The notes under the pieces were generated by a model. That model worked only from the letters and a program-made list of their open reading frames with translations, was not told where the DNA came from and made no database searches. Shown in pieces: positions 53,008 to 64,000 of a stretch of 64,000 bases of DNA. The position numbers and the translations under genes are program-made. Each line of letters starts with the position of its first letter. Within the stretch, counting starts at the first letter, position 1. The DNA comes from Mizuhopecten yessoensis (taxonomy: Eukaryota), in NCBI RefSeq assembly GCF_002113885.1, contig NW_018479992.1, positions 207,226 through 271,225 of the forward strand, written 5' to 3'.

Positions 53008-56000
53008 CTGCATAAAAATAATTATATATAAAGATAATAACACAAAACATCAATTAAAGTACACGGTAAATATAAAGAAAGAAAAAGACAAAGGTGTTCT
53101 CCCTAGATGTTTATCGGGGGATGTGTTTATTTTGAAACAAGCACTGCGTTTAGACAACAACAAAATACAAAAAAATGATGACGTCATGATACACTATGAC
53201 GTCATTATACAACCTATCGGCAAAATCACACCAAACAATGCAAGGCAAAATTTGTGAACCAACAGACAACAGACAAAACACAAAAAAGGACCATCTCGGA
53301 TTATTAACTCAAAATAATCATACATTCTTGTGCAATAGATAAATTGCAGGTAACTTCTACATATGACGCTACATCAGATACTATATGAAGAGAGTCAAAA
53401 TAGTAAATGTTGAACAGTATATTTAAAACAAAACTTAAATTGTTCAAACAGCACAAATAGTTATTCAAAATGAATAAATAAGTAAATAATAAAAATAACG
53501 AATGAATGTGATATCTTTGATGCTTTACTAATGTCTGTAACTTTAGGGAGTTAGATATATCTTGGATGTATTTTGTTGTTGTACATTTCAAATAAATCCG
53601 TCAGTTTATCATGCAAATTGTCACCAATAAAGAGGCTGATGTGGAACTCTTCTGGAAAGGGAATACATGCTACAGTAAGATAGCATATAATTAACATTAA
53701 TAAAACATCCTCTCACCACTTTGGTTGCTGTTTTGGTGGTGGTCTCCCTTAGTCGCACCTCACTTTTGCCCTTTTCCTTGTCTGCATCTAGAACATGCAA
53801 CCGTTACACTTTAAAAATCTCTCTTGAAAGGTGTTCCAACAAAGGGAGCATTCAACAATACTGTTCTCATTCTATTTTTTATGGAATTAGTGAATAATTT
53901 AAACAAACTGGTTTCGACATTTAAACGGTATGAGTGTAATATAACATTTTAGACTTAAGGGTTATTCTATTAATAGACAGTGCGTTACCTGTAAGACGTA
54001 ATACTTCTTCTATGAATAGACAGTTTATTTCATGTAAGACGTTAGACTTGTTCTATAAATAGGCAGTATATTACCTGTAAGACGTAAGACTTGTTCTATA
54101 AATAGACAGTGTATTACCTGTAAGACGTAAGACTTGTTCTATAAAAAGGCCTCTGCTTCAATGATATCCAGATAGTTACATTTACCTTCTAGACATAAGG
54201 GCTCTGCTTCAATGATATCCAGATAGTTATATTTACCCTCTAGCCCTTAGGGCTCTGCTTCAATGATATCCAGATAGTAATATTTACCTGCTAGACATAA
54301 GGGCTCTGCTTCAATGTTATCCAGATAGTTATATTAACCATCTAGACATAAGGGCTCTGCTTCAATGATATCCAGATAGTTACATTTACCTTCTAGACAT
54401 AAGGCCTCTGCTTCAATGATATCCAGATAGTTATATTTACCATCTAGACATAAGGCCTCTGCTTCAATAATATTCAGATAGCTATATTTATCTTCTAGAC
54501 ATAAGAGCTCTGCTTCAATGATATCCAGGTAGTTACATTTACCTTCTAGACATAAGGGCTCTGCTTCACTGATATCCAGATAGTTATATTTACCCTCTAG
54601 CCCTTAGGGCTCTGCTTCAATGATATCCAGATAGGTATATTTACCTGCTAGACATAAGGGCTCTGCTTCAATGATATCCAGATAGTTATATTTACCATCT
54701 AGACATAAGGGCTCTGCTTCAATGATATCCAGATAGTTATATTAACCTTCTAGTCATAATGGCTCTGCTTCAATTTTATCCAGATAGTTATATTTACCAT
54801 CTAGACATATGGGCTCTTCTTCAATGATATCCAGATAGTTACATTTACTTTCTAGACATAAGGGCTCTGCTTCAATGATATCCAGATAGTTATATTTACC
54901 TTCTAGACAAAAGGCCTCTGCTTCAATGATATCCAGATAGTTATATTTACCATCTAGACATAAAGGTTCTGCTTCAATGATATCCAGATAGTTATATTTA
55001 CTATCTAGACATAAGGGCTCTGCTTCAATGATATCCAGATAGTTATATTTACCATCTAGCCATAAGACCTCTGCTTCAATGATATCCAGATAGTTATATT
55101 TACCTTCTAGATATAAGGCCTCTGCTTCAATGATATCCAGATAGTTACATTTACCTTTTAGACATAATGGCTCTGCTTCAATGGTATCCAGATATTTATA
55201 TTTATCTTCTAGCCCTCAGGGCTCTGCTTCAATGATATCCAGATAGTTATATTTACCTTCTAGACATAAGGGCTCTGCTTCAATGATATCCAGATAGTTA
55301 TATTTACCATCTAGACACAAGGGCTCTTCTTCAATGATATCCATATAGTTACATTTACCTTCTAGACACAAGGCCTCTGCTTCAATGATATCCAGATAGT
55401 TATATTTACCATCTAGACATAAGGCCTCTGCTTCAATAATATTCAGATAGTTATATTTACCTTCTAGACATAATAGCTCTGCTTCAATGATATCCAGATA
55501 GTTACATTTACCTTCTAGTCATAATGGCTCTGCTTCAATTTTATCCAGATAGTTATATTTACCATCTAGACATATGGGCTCTTCTTCCATGATATCCAGA
55601 TAGTTACATTTACCTTCTAGACATAAGGCCTCTGCTTCGATGATATCCAGATAGTTATATTTACCATCTAGACATAAGGCCTCTGCTTCAATAATATTCA
55701 GATTGTTATATTTACCTTCTAGACACGAGGGCTCTGCTTCAATGAATCCAGATAGTTATATTTACCTTCTAGACATAAGGCCTCTGCTTCAATGATATCC
55801 AGATAGTTATATTTACTATCTAGACATAAGGGCTCTGCTTCAATGATATCCAGATTGTTATATTTACCTTCTAGACATAAGGCCTCTGCTTCAATGATAT
55901 CCAGATAGCTATATTTACCTTTTAGACATAAGGGCTCTGCTTCAATGATATCCAGATAGTTATATTTTCCTTGTAGACAAAAGGGCTCTGCTTCAATGAT

Positions 56001-59000
56001 ATCCAGATAGTTATATTTACCTTGTAGACAAAAGGGCTCTGCTTCAATGATATCCAGATAGTTATATTTACCTTCTAGACATAGGGGCTCTGCTTCATTG
56101 ATATCCAGATAGTTATATTTACTTTCTAGACATAAGGGCTCTGCTTCAATGATATCCAGATAGTTATATTTACCTTGTAGACAAAAGGGCTCTGCTTCAA
56201 TGATATCCAGATAGTTATATTTACCTTCTAGACATAAGGCCTGTGCTTCAATGATTTCCAGATAGTTATATTTACCTTCTAGACATAGGGGCTCTTCTTC
56301 AATGATATCCAGATAGTTATATTTACCATCTAGACATAAGGGCTCTGCTTCAATGATAGCCAGATAGTTATATTTACCTTCTAGACTTAAGGGCTCTGCT
56401 TCAATGATATCCAGATAGTTATATTTACCTTCTAGACATAAGGGCTCTGCTTCAAAGACTCTAAGATAGTCTTCCTCTTCGTCTTCGTCCTTATTCTCTG
56501 TACAATAAATAACATTACCTTTATTTTCTTATTATTGTTACAGATAATGTTGGAAACATGAGACCTTTTATTAACAAAGAACTACCATTTCTCCCACAAG
56601 TTTCCTCCTGCCCAACTCATTGGATAAACCTGCTACATGTATTATTATTTCATTTTTCCTTAAATTCGAAGAGTTAAAAGACTATATATACAAGTTTATA
56701 AATTGTCAAATCGTAATTAAATAGACTCGTTCACAAAAATAACATGAAACATAAAAAAGAAATTGCTTGTTTATGATCAAAATATTTAGGGTAATATATG
56801 CTTAGTTATACGTGCGTTTAATTACTATTTGTTTGTGATACGATTTCATCATTAAAAATAAAATTGGCATAACACAGTTTTCATAACCTAATTCACATAA
56901 CTTGTAAAGGAGGATCCCTCCAAGAAGTATTTGAATTGTAATGTAGTCTGACAAAGAGTGCAATTAAACAATTAGCTCTATTTCAAACTTATTACTAATA
57001 AGACACCAAAGATCGTCTCTAAAGTATCAGCTTTTGTATCATGAAGGACGACGTGTGTTGTAATGTCAGTGTGTAAAATACTACAGAAATGACATAACTC
57101 AATAAGATTGGTAGATCGTATGTCGACACACAACCTTACCTCATTATTGATCCTGCTCAAGTGTTCGAGAAACCTCGACGCTGATTTCTATAAAATATGT
57201 GGACAACTTTAATATAATTTATCTTGTCTAAGTCGAAACGAATAATTTGATAATGATGTGGTGGATATGAGTGTTATATCCTATCAGTGGGAAATACTTG
57301 TACTTAGGACCGTTACATATGTCCGTATCATATTTGTATTATCGAAAAAGGTCTGAAATCAAGAGGATCTGTCATTATCGACTAACCGACACCGCCCCTT
57401 TCTCAGAGTACATAGCTACTAAAGATTCTAGTGTTTCTATTTGTTCTATCGAAACATCAATCGACCTGGAGGTTACGGGAATGTAACCGAAAAAGCATAA
57501 AGGTATTTACTATTTGGTACCTGGACCTCAAGCCCTTTATCTCTGTGGCTATCAACAGCGATTTCTTGTACTCTTAAATTGTATTTAAACAGTACACAGA
57601 CGCCGCCTCTAATGTAACATCTATGGAAGAAAGGATATAATTCTTGAACAAGTTTAACTGTTCATGAATAACCCGAGTTCTTAAAGGAAAAAAAAAAAAA
57701 AAACACACAGAAATATTGCAATCCCGTACAAAATGTCAAGATATACCGAAAATATCAATGACATAGGGCATTCCAGACCTAAAACCTTCAATGTTCCAAC
57801 ACATGAATTTGAAATTAAAGTTGGTAATTGTTCTCGAGTTGTTTCTGAGAAAGCATTATGCTACGACTCGCGTCCATGAACACCATTTGGCCAAGACGAG
57901 GGATTTTCGATACGTTTTGTGATGACATCATCGTCTATTACATTCGTGTAGTCCAATCAAGGATATCACTTACTACACTAACTCCGTGAACGCAGTGTTT
58001 GGTCGTCTAGAGAACGCATTTCAACTGGTTTTTGAAACCTTCGTCGTTGAATTTCTGGACGATTCCTTCATAGTCTGATATCTTAATCAAGGTTTCGTCA
58101 ACTCGTCATTTGGTATTCTGAGCTAATTTTAACGCTTCCGACAGATATTGTAATTAATTTCCTGTAGTTTCTCTCTAGTCATCCAGTTCTGCAGATTGTA
58201 CATTTTCTTTCTCAAGTTAATTTATTTTACTCTGCATAGACTTTACCTCTTCAGAGTGTTTCTTTGCTCTTTCTCTTACGGTTTCTTTGTCCGTTTGTAC
58301 GGTGTTCAGTTGTGTATTCACATTTCAAGGTCGGTAGACAGAGATTTTTAGTTGGTTTTCAAGAGTTGTGTATATCTGTCTGTATGGACACAACAATTCC
58401 ATGTAGAGCTGTCATACCAGGTACTTTCTCTACAGCAGCAGGTATTTTCAGTGTTTTCTTCCCGTGGACACGACCTCACTGAATTCTTCTGTACATTATC
58501 CAACAACAACTCGAAGGAGAAGAACCAGATAGACAAGATAGTTGTATGAGATATAAATCGTATATATGCTATTATAATGAAGAGTTAAACTATTACAAGA
58601 CGACATACGACCTGTTAGACATTATAATACTCCTTCAAACCAAGAGGTATAGGATTGGAAATCCCAAAGAATGGTTTTCAAATTGAATACAACCTTTCCC
58701 TATTATAGATCCATGGGGATTCATTCCAATCACCAGAAATAGCACAGAAACGATAAAACGTCTGTATTAGACATAAGGGATGTACTAGTATTACACGGTA
58801 CGTTTACCTTCTAAACATAAAAGATGTACTTTTATAAAATGATATATATTTACTTTTTAGATATAAGAGCTTTACTATATTACACGGTATACTTACCTTC
58901 TACATATACATGCTGTACTGGTATATTAACCTTCTAGACATAAGGGCTGTACAAGTATTACACGGTATATTAACCTTCTACATATACATGCTGTACTGGT

Positions 59001-61680
59001 ATATTTACCTTCTAGACATAAGAGCTGTATTAGTATCACACGGTATATTTACCTTCTCGATATAAGAGCTGTATTAGTATTACACGGTATATTTACCTTC
59101 TCGATATAAGAGCTGTATTAGTATTACACGGTATATATACCTTTTAGACATAAGAGCTCTGCTTCGTCTATTTCCAGATAGTCTCCCTGTGTTTCTTCGT
59201 CCTTTTTCACTGTACGAAGGAAACAATTTTCTAATTAGTTACGGATTATGATGAAAAGCTAAAAAACGCTTCTTTTAATAGCGAACTACCAATTCTCCCA
59301 CAACCACAAAATGTTTCCTCAAGCCCCACTCATTAGATAATCTTGCTAAGAGTTACCTTTTAGAGCTATACCAGTAAATCACGGTATATTTACCTTCTAG
59401 ACTTAAGGACTGTACAAGTATTACACAGTGCATTTACCTTCTTAACATAAAAGATGAAAAGCCTCAGGTTTTACCAAATTTGAAAACCCCTCGGGAAGAA
59501 TTTCTCTATTCTACACCCCTGAGTATGAAAGAGTCTTATATAGTATATCATGGTATATATTACATTTTATACATAAGAGCTGTAATAGTATTACATGGTA
59601 TATATTTACCTGCTAGACATAAGAGCTATACCAGAATTACACAGTATATATTTACCTTCTCGATATAAGAGCTGTACTAGTAAAGCACGGTATATTTACC
59701 TTCTATACATAAGAGCTGTACTAGTATTACACGGTATATTAACCTTCTCGATATAAGAGCTGTATTAGTATTACTTGGTATATATTTACCTTCTAGACAT
59801 ACGAGCTCTGCTTCGTCTTTTTCCAGATAGTCTCCCTTTTTTTCTTCGTCCTTTTTCACTGTACGATGGAAAAATTTCCTAATTAGTTACGGATTATGAT
59901 GAAAACCTGAAAATATTTTTGTTGATAATGAACTACTATTTCTCCCACAACCACAAAATGTTTCCTCATCCCCAACTCATTGGATAATCTTGAAAAAAGT
60001 TGGTAAGCATTTTGAGTACCAACTGGAGGGTAACATTAATCAACAATGCTTAACGACGTCATTTCCCATTCCGACATCATAGTTCATTGGCATTGTTTCC
60101 GCGATCGGAAACAGGAATAATGCCCAAAGAGAAACATAGGGTTTTCTAGATATACTATGTGAACGTTGGGGGAGAACAATACCATTTTTAAACTAAGTCT
60201 TGTTGGTTAATTTAAATGATAAAAGACACTTTGTAAACATCATGTCTTTATACAAAATGAAAATTGACTAACTGGAGTTAGATAGTCATGTATCCCTCGT
60301 ACGGGTACCTTGATATACAGATGTACATATCCTTTTACAATAAAAATCAACGATTGATTTCTTGATGCTTAGGAAAGAAAAGCAGGCTGTATAACATAAT
60401 GTGTATTGGTTTGTGTATTATTGAAAACGGAATTCATTTTGAGGAAACATGAAGTCTGAGTATCTTTGAGCAAACAAGACAGGATTTGTTTAAAACACTG
60501 ATTTTTATTTAAATGTGAATAGGTGAAAAAAAGTAGGGTAATGTTTTGGAGACTGATCATTGTTGAATACAAAAAGCGACAAATATGTAGTCAACTAGAA
60601 TTATTGATTACCTTTCGTTCTGGGTGGTCTTGGAGGAACGAACTCTATTTCGTCATAATGAACAAATGTAGCTTTCGGTGTCTTTAGAAAGTCCACATAT
60701 ATTGTCCCATCAATGTTTTCTTCACTGATAATATTCATCTGTGAGAAGTTCCTCGCCAATACTAGCTCGTATTGATCGTCATCCTCTACGTCCAGTGGTA
60801 CCCTCACCTCGATCTCTCTGGCTGTCGGACTGTCCAGTGGAATAATGATAAGAGTTCTTTGACATAAACTTTGGGTCTTTAGCTCCTCCTGCTCTGGAGG
60901 TTTGTAGTGACCAATGATTGTTTTCTGCTCTATAAGTTTCTTAATTTTCACGGTGCCCTCAAATATTCTTGAATGCTCAACCGCCTCTTGTATGTTGGTC
61001 GTTACTAGTTTTGGACCGCTTTCCTTCATGAATGTGACGTACTGGGGCAGAGGGAACCTTTTGGCGACCTCTTCCAGAGTGTAATAAGTTTTGTCTGGTA
61101 ACAAGAAAAAACTACATGTGTCATCAAGGTCAAACACCAGTTTTATCCTATTCGTGCTATTTTGGAGATCGTCATCTATCATGTAACACACTAGGCCCTC
61201 GTCGGGAATTTTTCTGTCGACTTCAATAATCGATTTACTTTGAACGCTAATATTGTTTTTTGATACAAAGGAATCTACAACTTTCACGTATCTCGGGAGA
61301 TCTTTCAGCACTTCACTGATGTTGTGGTAGATCTTTGTGCCGGACTCTGGGTGGACTATTTGGACCACACCCTTGTACCGTAGAGGGATGGTAAAGTCCA
61401 CTGTTTTCTCGGCGTACCCATGCTCGTCCTCACGAATTACGCTTGACATCCTGTTTCGGCCTCTGTAGTCCACACAGCACGCCACTACTTTCGGTATCGA
61501 TTTCACCGAGTCAAATTTTAGGAGATCATCTTGAGAAAAACTCTCTGAATCATTGTCACTGCAGATGCCCTCTTCCACCTTGACCAATAAGGGTAAATCG
61601 AATTCCTCCTCGTTTATAATCTCTGCAATGCTATAGGTCTTATCCGACCATTGCACTGTAGGTGATCCACCCGCCGCCAT
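52705..61680 (-). CDS. CABIT / tyrosine-motif / SAM adaptor, GAREM/THEMIS-like paralogue 3 (~549 aa with all three 69-nt exons)
   Basis: Exons 60612-61680 (CABIT, ends PPRPPRTK), 59790-59858, 59141-59209, 56429-56497 (three homologous 69-nt DYL exons), 53717-53787 and 52705-53007 (SAM ending KGWLPQ*). All GT-AG and phase-consistent (1,1,1,1,0). Confidence 0.85.
53972..54148. repeat. ~43-bp short tandem repeat (~4 copies)
   Basis: ttacctgtaagacgtaagacttgttctataaatagacagtgta repeated. Confidence 0.8.
54150..56428 (-). repeat. 51-bp minisatellite (~45 copies) made of an exon 3' end plus splice donor
   Basis: Minus-strand unit GTAAATATAACTATCTGGATATCATTGAAGCAGAGCCCTTATGTCTAGAAG, directly continuing from exon 56429-56497. 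Confidence 0.95.
57730..58560 (-). mobile_element. Decayed LINE fragment (stop-riddled coiled-coil ORF1-like region and start of an APE endonuclease)
   Basis: Minus strand reads ...ETVRERAKKHSEEVKSMQSKIN*LEKENV..., then SWPNGV..., then NFKFMCWNIEGFRSG, an endonuclease-like 'xxWNxxG' start motif. Confidence 0.5.
58760..59789 (-). repeat. ~44-bp minisatellites trailing the 59141 and 59790 exons, containing exon end and donor
   Basis: Minus-strand unit gtaaatataccgtgtaatactaatacAGCTCTTATGTCTAGAAG at ~58760-59140 and ~59350-59789. Confidence 0.8.
60612..61680 (-). CDS. CABIT-domain first coding exon of paralogue 3
   Basis: ATG at 61680 (gctATGg; MAAGGSPTVQWSD, homologous to paralogue 2 MEAGRSPSLTWSD) to the donor G|gtaatc at 60612/60611. 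The ORF-track start at 61731 is not an ATG. Confidence 0.88.
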
Positions 61681-62339
61681 AGCCAATACTAACCCGGATG
61701 TATAAATTATATTGTTTTCATGTAAGCACACACATTAAGCGAACAGATTTATTTACAACTATTCTTAAGTTATCATGCATAGGTGATCGTATGGCTTTTG
61801 CTAAGGAAAATGACATAATGTGGGTAGAAAGTATAGCGGACCTTGCTCCAAAAAACTAAAATTATGATATTTCTATAGTTTTGTGTATCATAACCCTACA
61901 ATTACATGAAATCAAAGAAAGTATTTCGGTTCAAGTCCAAGATATTTAACTAGCCTCATTTCCGAAGTCTGTGTCTGATGTGTGTGTGTATGTCGGGAAC
62001 GTTCTTTTGTATGTGTTCTAACTATTTAAATGAATCATGACGCAATCTCGAGGTGTCGGTGCACACGCACTCACATGTTTACGGTAGACTAAACCTCACA
62101 GTGTTAAAACGTATCATCTTACCGTTCTGAAGGATTCGTACAAAGGACTGTTTGTGTTCTAAAGTGCTACAGCCCTTGGAATCATAAATACTTAACGTAT
62201 TTCATAAACCAACTCATGAACCAACTCGTAAACACACGAAGTTAAATCCTATGTCTAAGTCAGTGCAACAACACCATGAAAGAAAATGAGTAGATACTAT
62301 AGAAAAAGGAAAACATAATGACACTGTAACCGAAACTGT

Positions 62340-63310
62340 GGGCATCTGTATGTCTCCTGACACCACACGTGGCGCCCGTTAACTCGGCATGATGTCTTCA
62401 GTGTCACCATTTATGGCGCCCGTTCTCTCGGCATGATGTCTCCTATAACTAAATGTATCACACGTCAACTTGTCGTGATGTCTCCTGTCACCACATTTGG
62501 CGACCGTTAACTCGGCACGATGCCTCCTGTCACAACATGTGGCGCCCGTTAACTCGGCAGGATGTCTCCTGACCCCACACGTGGCGCCCGTTAACTCGGC
62601 ATGATGTCTTCAGTGTCACCATTTATGGCGCCCGTTAACTCGGCATGATGTCTCCTGACCCCACACGTGGCGCCCGTTAACTCGGCATGATGTCTTCAGT
62701 GTCACCATTTATGGCGCCCGTTATCTCGGCATGATGTCTCCTATAACTAAATGTAGCACACGTCAACTTGTCGTGATGTCTCCTGTCACCACATTTGGCG
62801 ACCGTTAACTCGGCACGATGCCTCCTGTCACAACATGTGGCGCCCGTTAACTCGGCACGATGCCTCCTGTCACAACATGTGGCGCCCACTAACTCGGCAT
62901 GATGTCTCCTGTCACCATAGATGGCGCCCGTTATCTCGACATGATGTCTCCTATAACTAAATGTAGCACATGTCAACTTGTCGTGATGTCTCCTGTCACA
63001 ACATGTGGCGCCCGTTAACTCGGCACGATGTCTCCTGTCACCACATGTGGCGCCCGTTAACTCGGCAAGATGTCTCCTGTTACCACATGTGATGCCCGTA
63101 AATCCGGCAGGATGTCTCATGTCACCACATGTTGCGCCCGTTAACTCGGTACGATGTTTCCTGTCACCACATGTGGCGCCCGTTAACTCGGGACAATGTC
63201 TCACGTCACAACATGTGGCGCCCGTTAACTCGGCATGGTGTCTCCTGTCAACAAGTGTAGCACCCGTCACCTTTCATGATGTCACATGTCACCAAATGTG
63301 GCGCCCCTTG
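62340..63310. repeat. 42-bp GC-rich minisatellite upstream of paralogue 3
   Basis: About 23 copies of catgtggcgcccgttaactcggcacgatgtctcctgtcacca. Confidence 0.92.
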
Positions 63311-63919
63311 ATTAGTCTTGATGTCTCCCTTCAACTCATTTGGCACCCGTGAACTCGTCATGACTTTTCTGTCTAATTGCGGAATTTTTCGATAAATAGC
63401 GACGTTGAATTATTTTATTTTAAAGTAAATAACAGTTTTTTTTATTTTTGTTTTGAACACAAAAATGTTTCATAATTATATCTGTTTTAGGAGAAAATGT
63501 CACGGTGTTAGTTGTCGTAGCATTTTTTTCTCTACAAAATCTGGAATCCACATTATCTTCGAAATGATGATCAACGTAAATATTCTGTTGGTCCTAAAAT
63601 TTAAATTGTATGAAAAATTGCAATAACTTGTTAATTTATATTGCATACATGCGTATACATACGTGTCACGGTCACGGGGTTTTAATTGTGATATCTGAAC
63701 ATATCTAAAAATTGTTTGGATGTGTTAATTACAAACTGTCTATATATAACAACATCAAATAACAATAATTGTATATGGTTAATTTTACATAATAATTATC
63801 TCCCCCTAATAGGTCTACAACCATATCATGATTCGAGGTTCAGAAGCAGAAGACGCTTACCCTCCCGGACCACATGGTCATATTCTCCTTGAACTTTGTT
63901 GATATTTTGCCCTAGTTTT

Positions 63920-64000
63920 ATCAATCAATCAATCAATCAACTTTATTGCATTTTACATCCAATTTACAAGGATCGAGCTGCAAATATCAAACAAACATTG
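63920..64000 (-). mobile_element. Probable 3' tail of a LINE extending beyond the window
   Basis: Minus strand reads caataaag followed by (ttga)n, a typical CR1/L2-type tail. Confidence 0.45.

Noticed and set aside
55766-56428. Calling the YLDI repeats ITAMs or ITIMs
   Set aside because: The spacing (13 aa between YxxI motifs) exceeds ITAM spacing, and the -2 residue is Tyr rather than the I/V/L/S of ITIMs. Only a generic SH2-type motif is supportable.
62677-63352. 197-aa and 115-aa repeat ORFs (TGATCCDRRHRAEL)n
   Set aside because: By-product of a 42-bp (3n) satellite that is open on both strands, with no convincing splice or start context.

Overview
AT-rich, intron-containing animal genomic DNA. 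The repeat families and gene content suggest a bivalve mollusc, possibly a scallop (inference). Contents: (i) the first four coding exons of CCDC25 on the minus strand, with a decayed LINE 3' end in the following intron; (ii) three co-oriented minus-strand paralogues with a GAREM/THEMIS-like architecture (large CABIT-domain first exon, small proline-, tyrosine- and lysine-rich exons, terminal SAM exon), whose exon chains I reconstructed by hand with consistent splice phases; (iii) a four-copy, ~3.85-kb tandem array of an intronless double-alpha-crystallin small heat-shock gene between paralogues 1 and 2, with one intact copy and three carrying nonsense codons; (iv) many minisatellites and TE remnants. 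The most unusual observation is that several minisatellites are built from an exon 3' end plus its splice donor. In paralogue 3 the unit is 51 nt and stays open in frame for 13 copies, giving a ladder of same-phase 5' splice sites, each adding a 17-aa GKYNYLDIIEAEPLCLE tyrosine-motif module. This is a candidate splice-tunable phosphotyrosine array on a CABIT-SAM adaptor; expression is untested.
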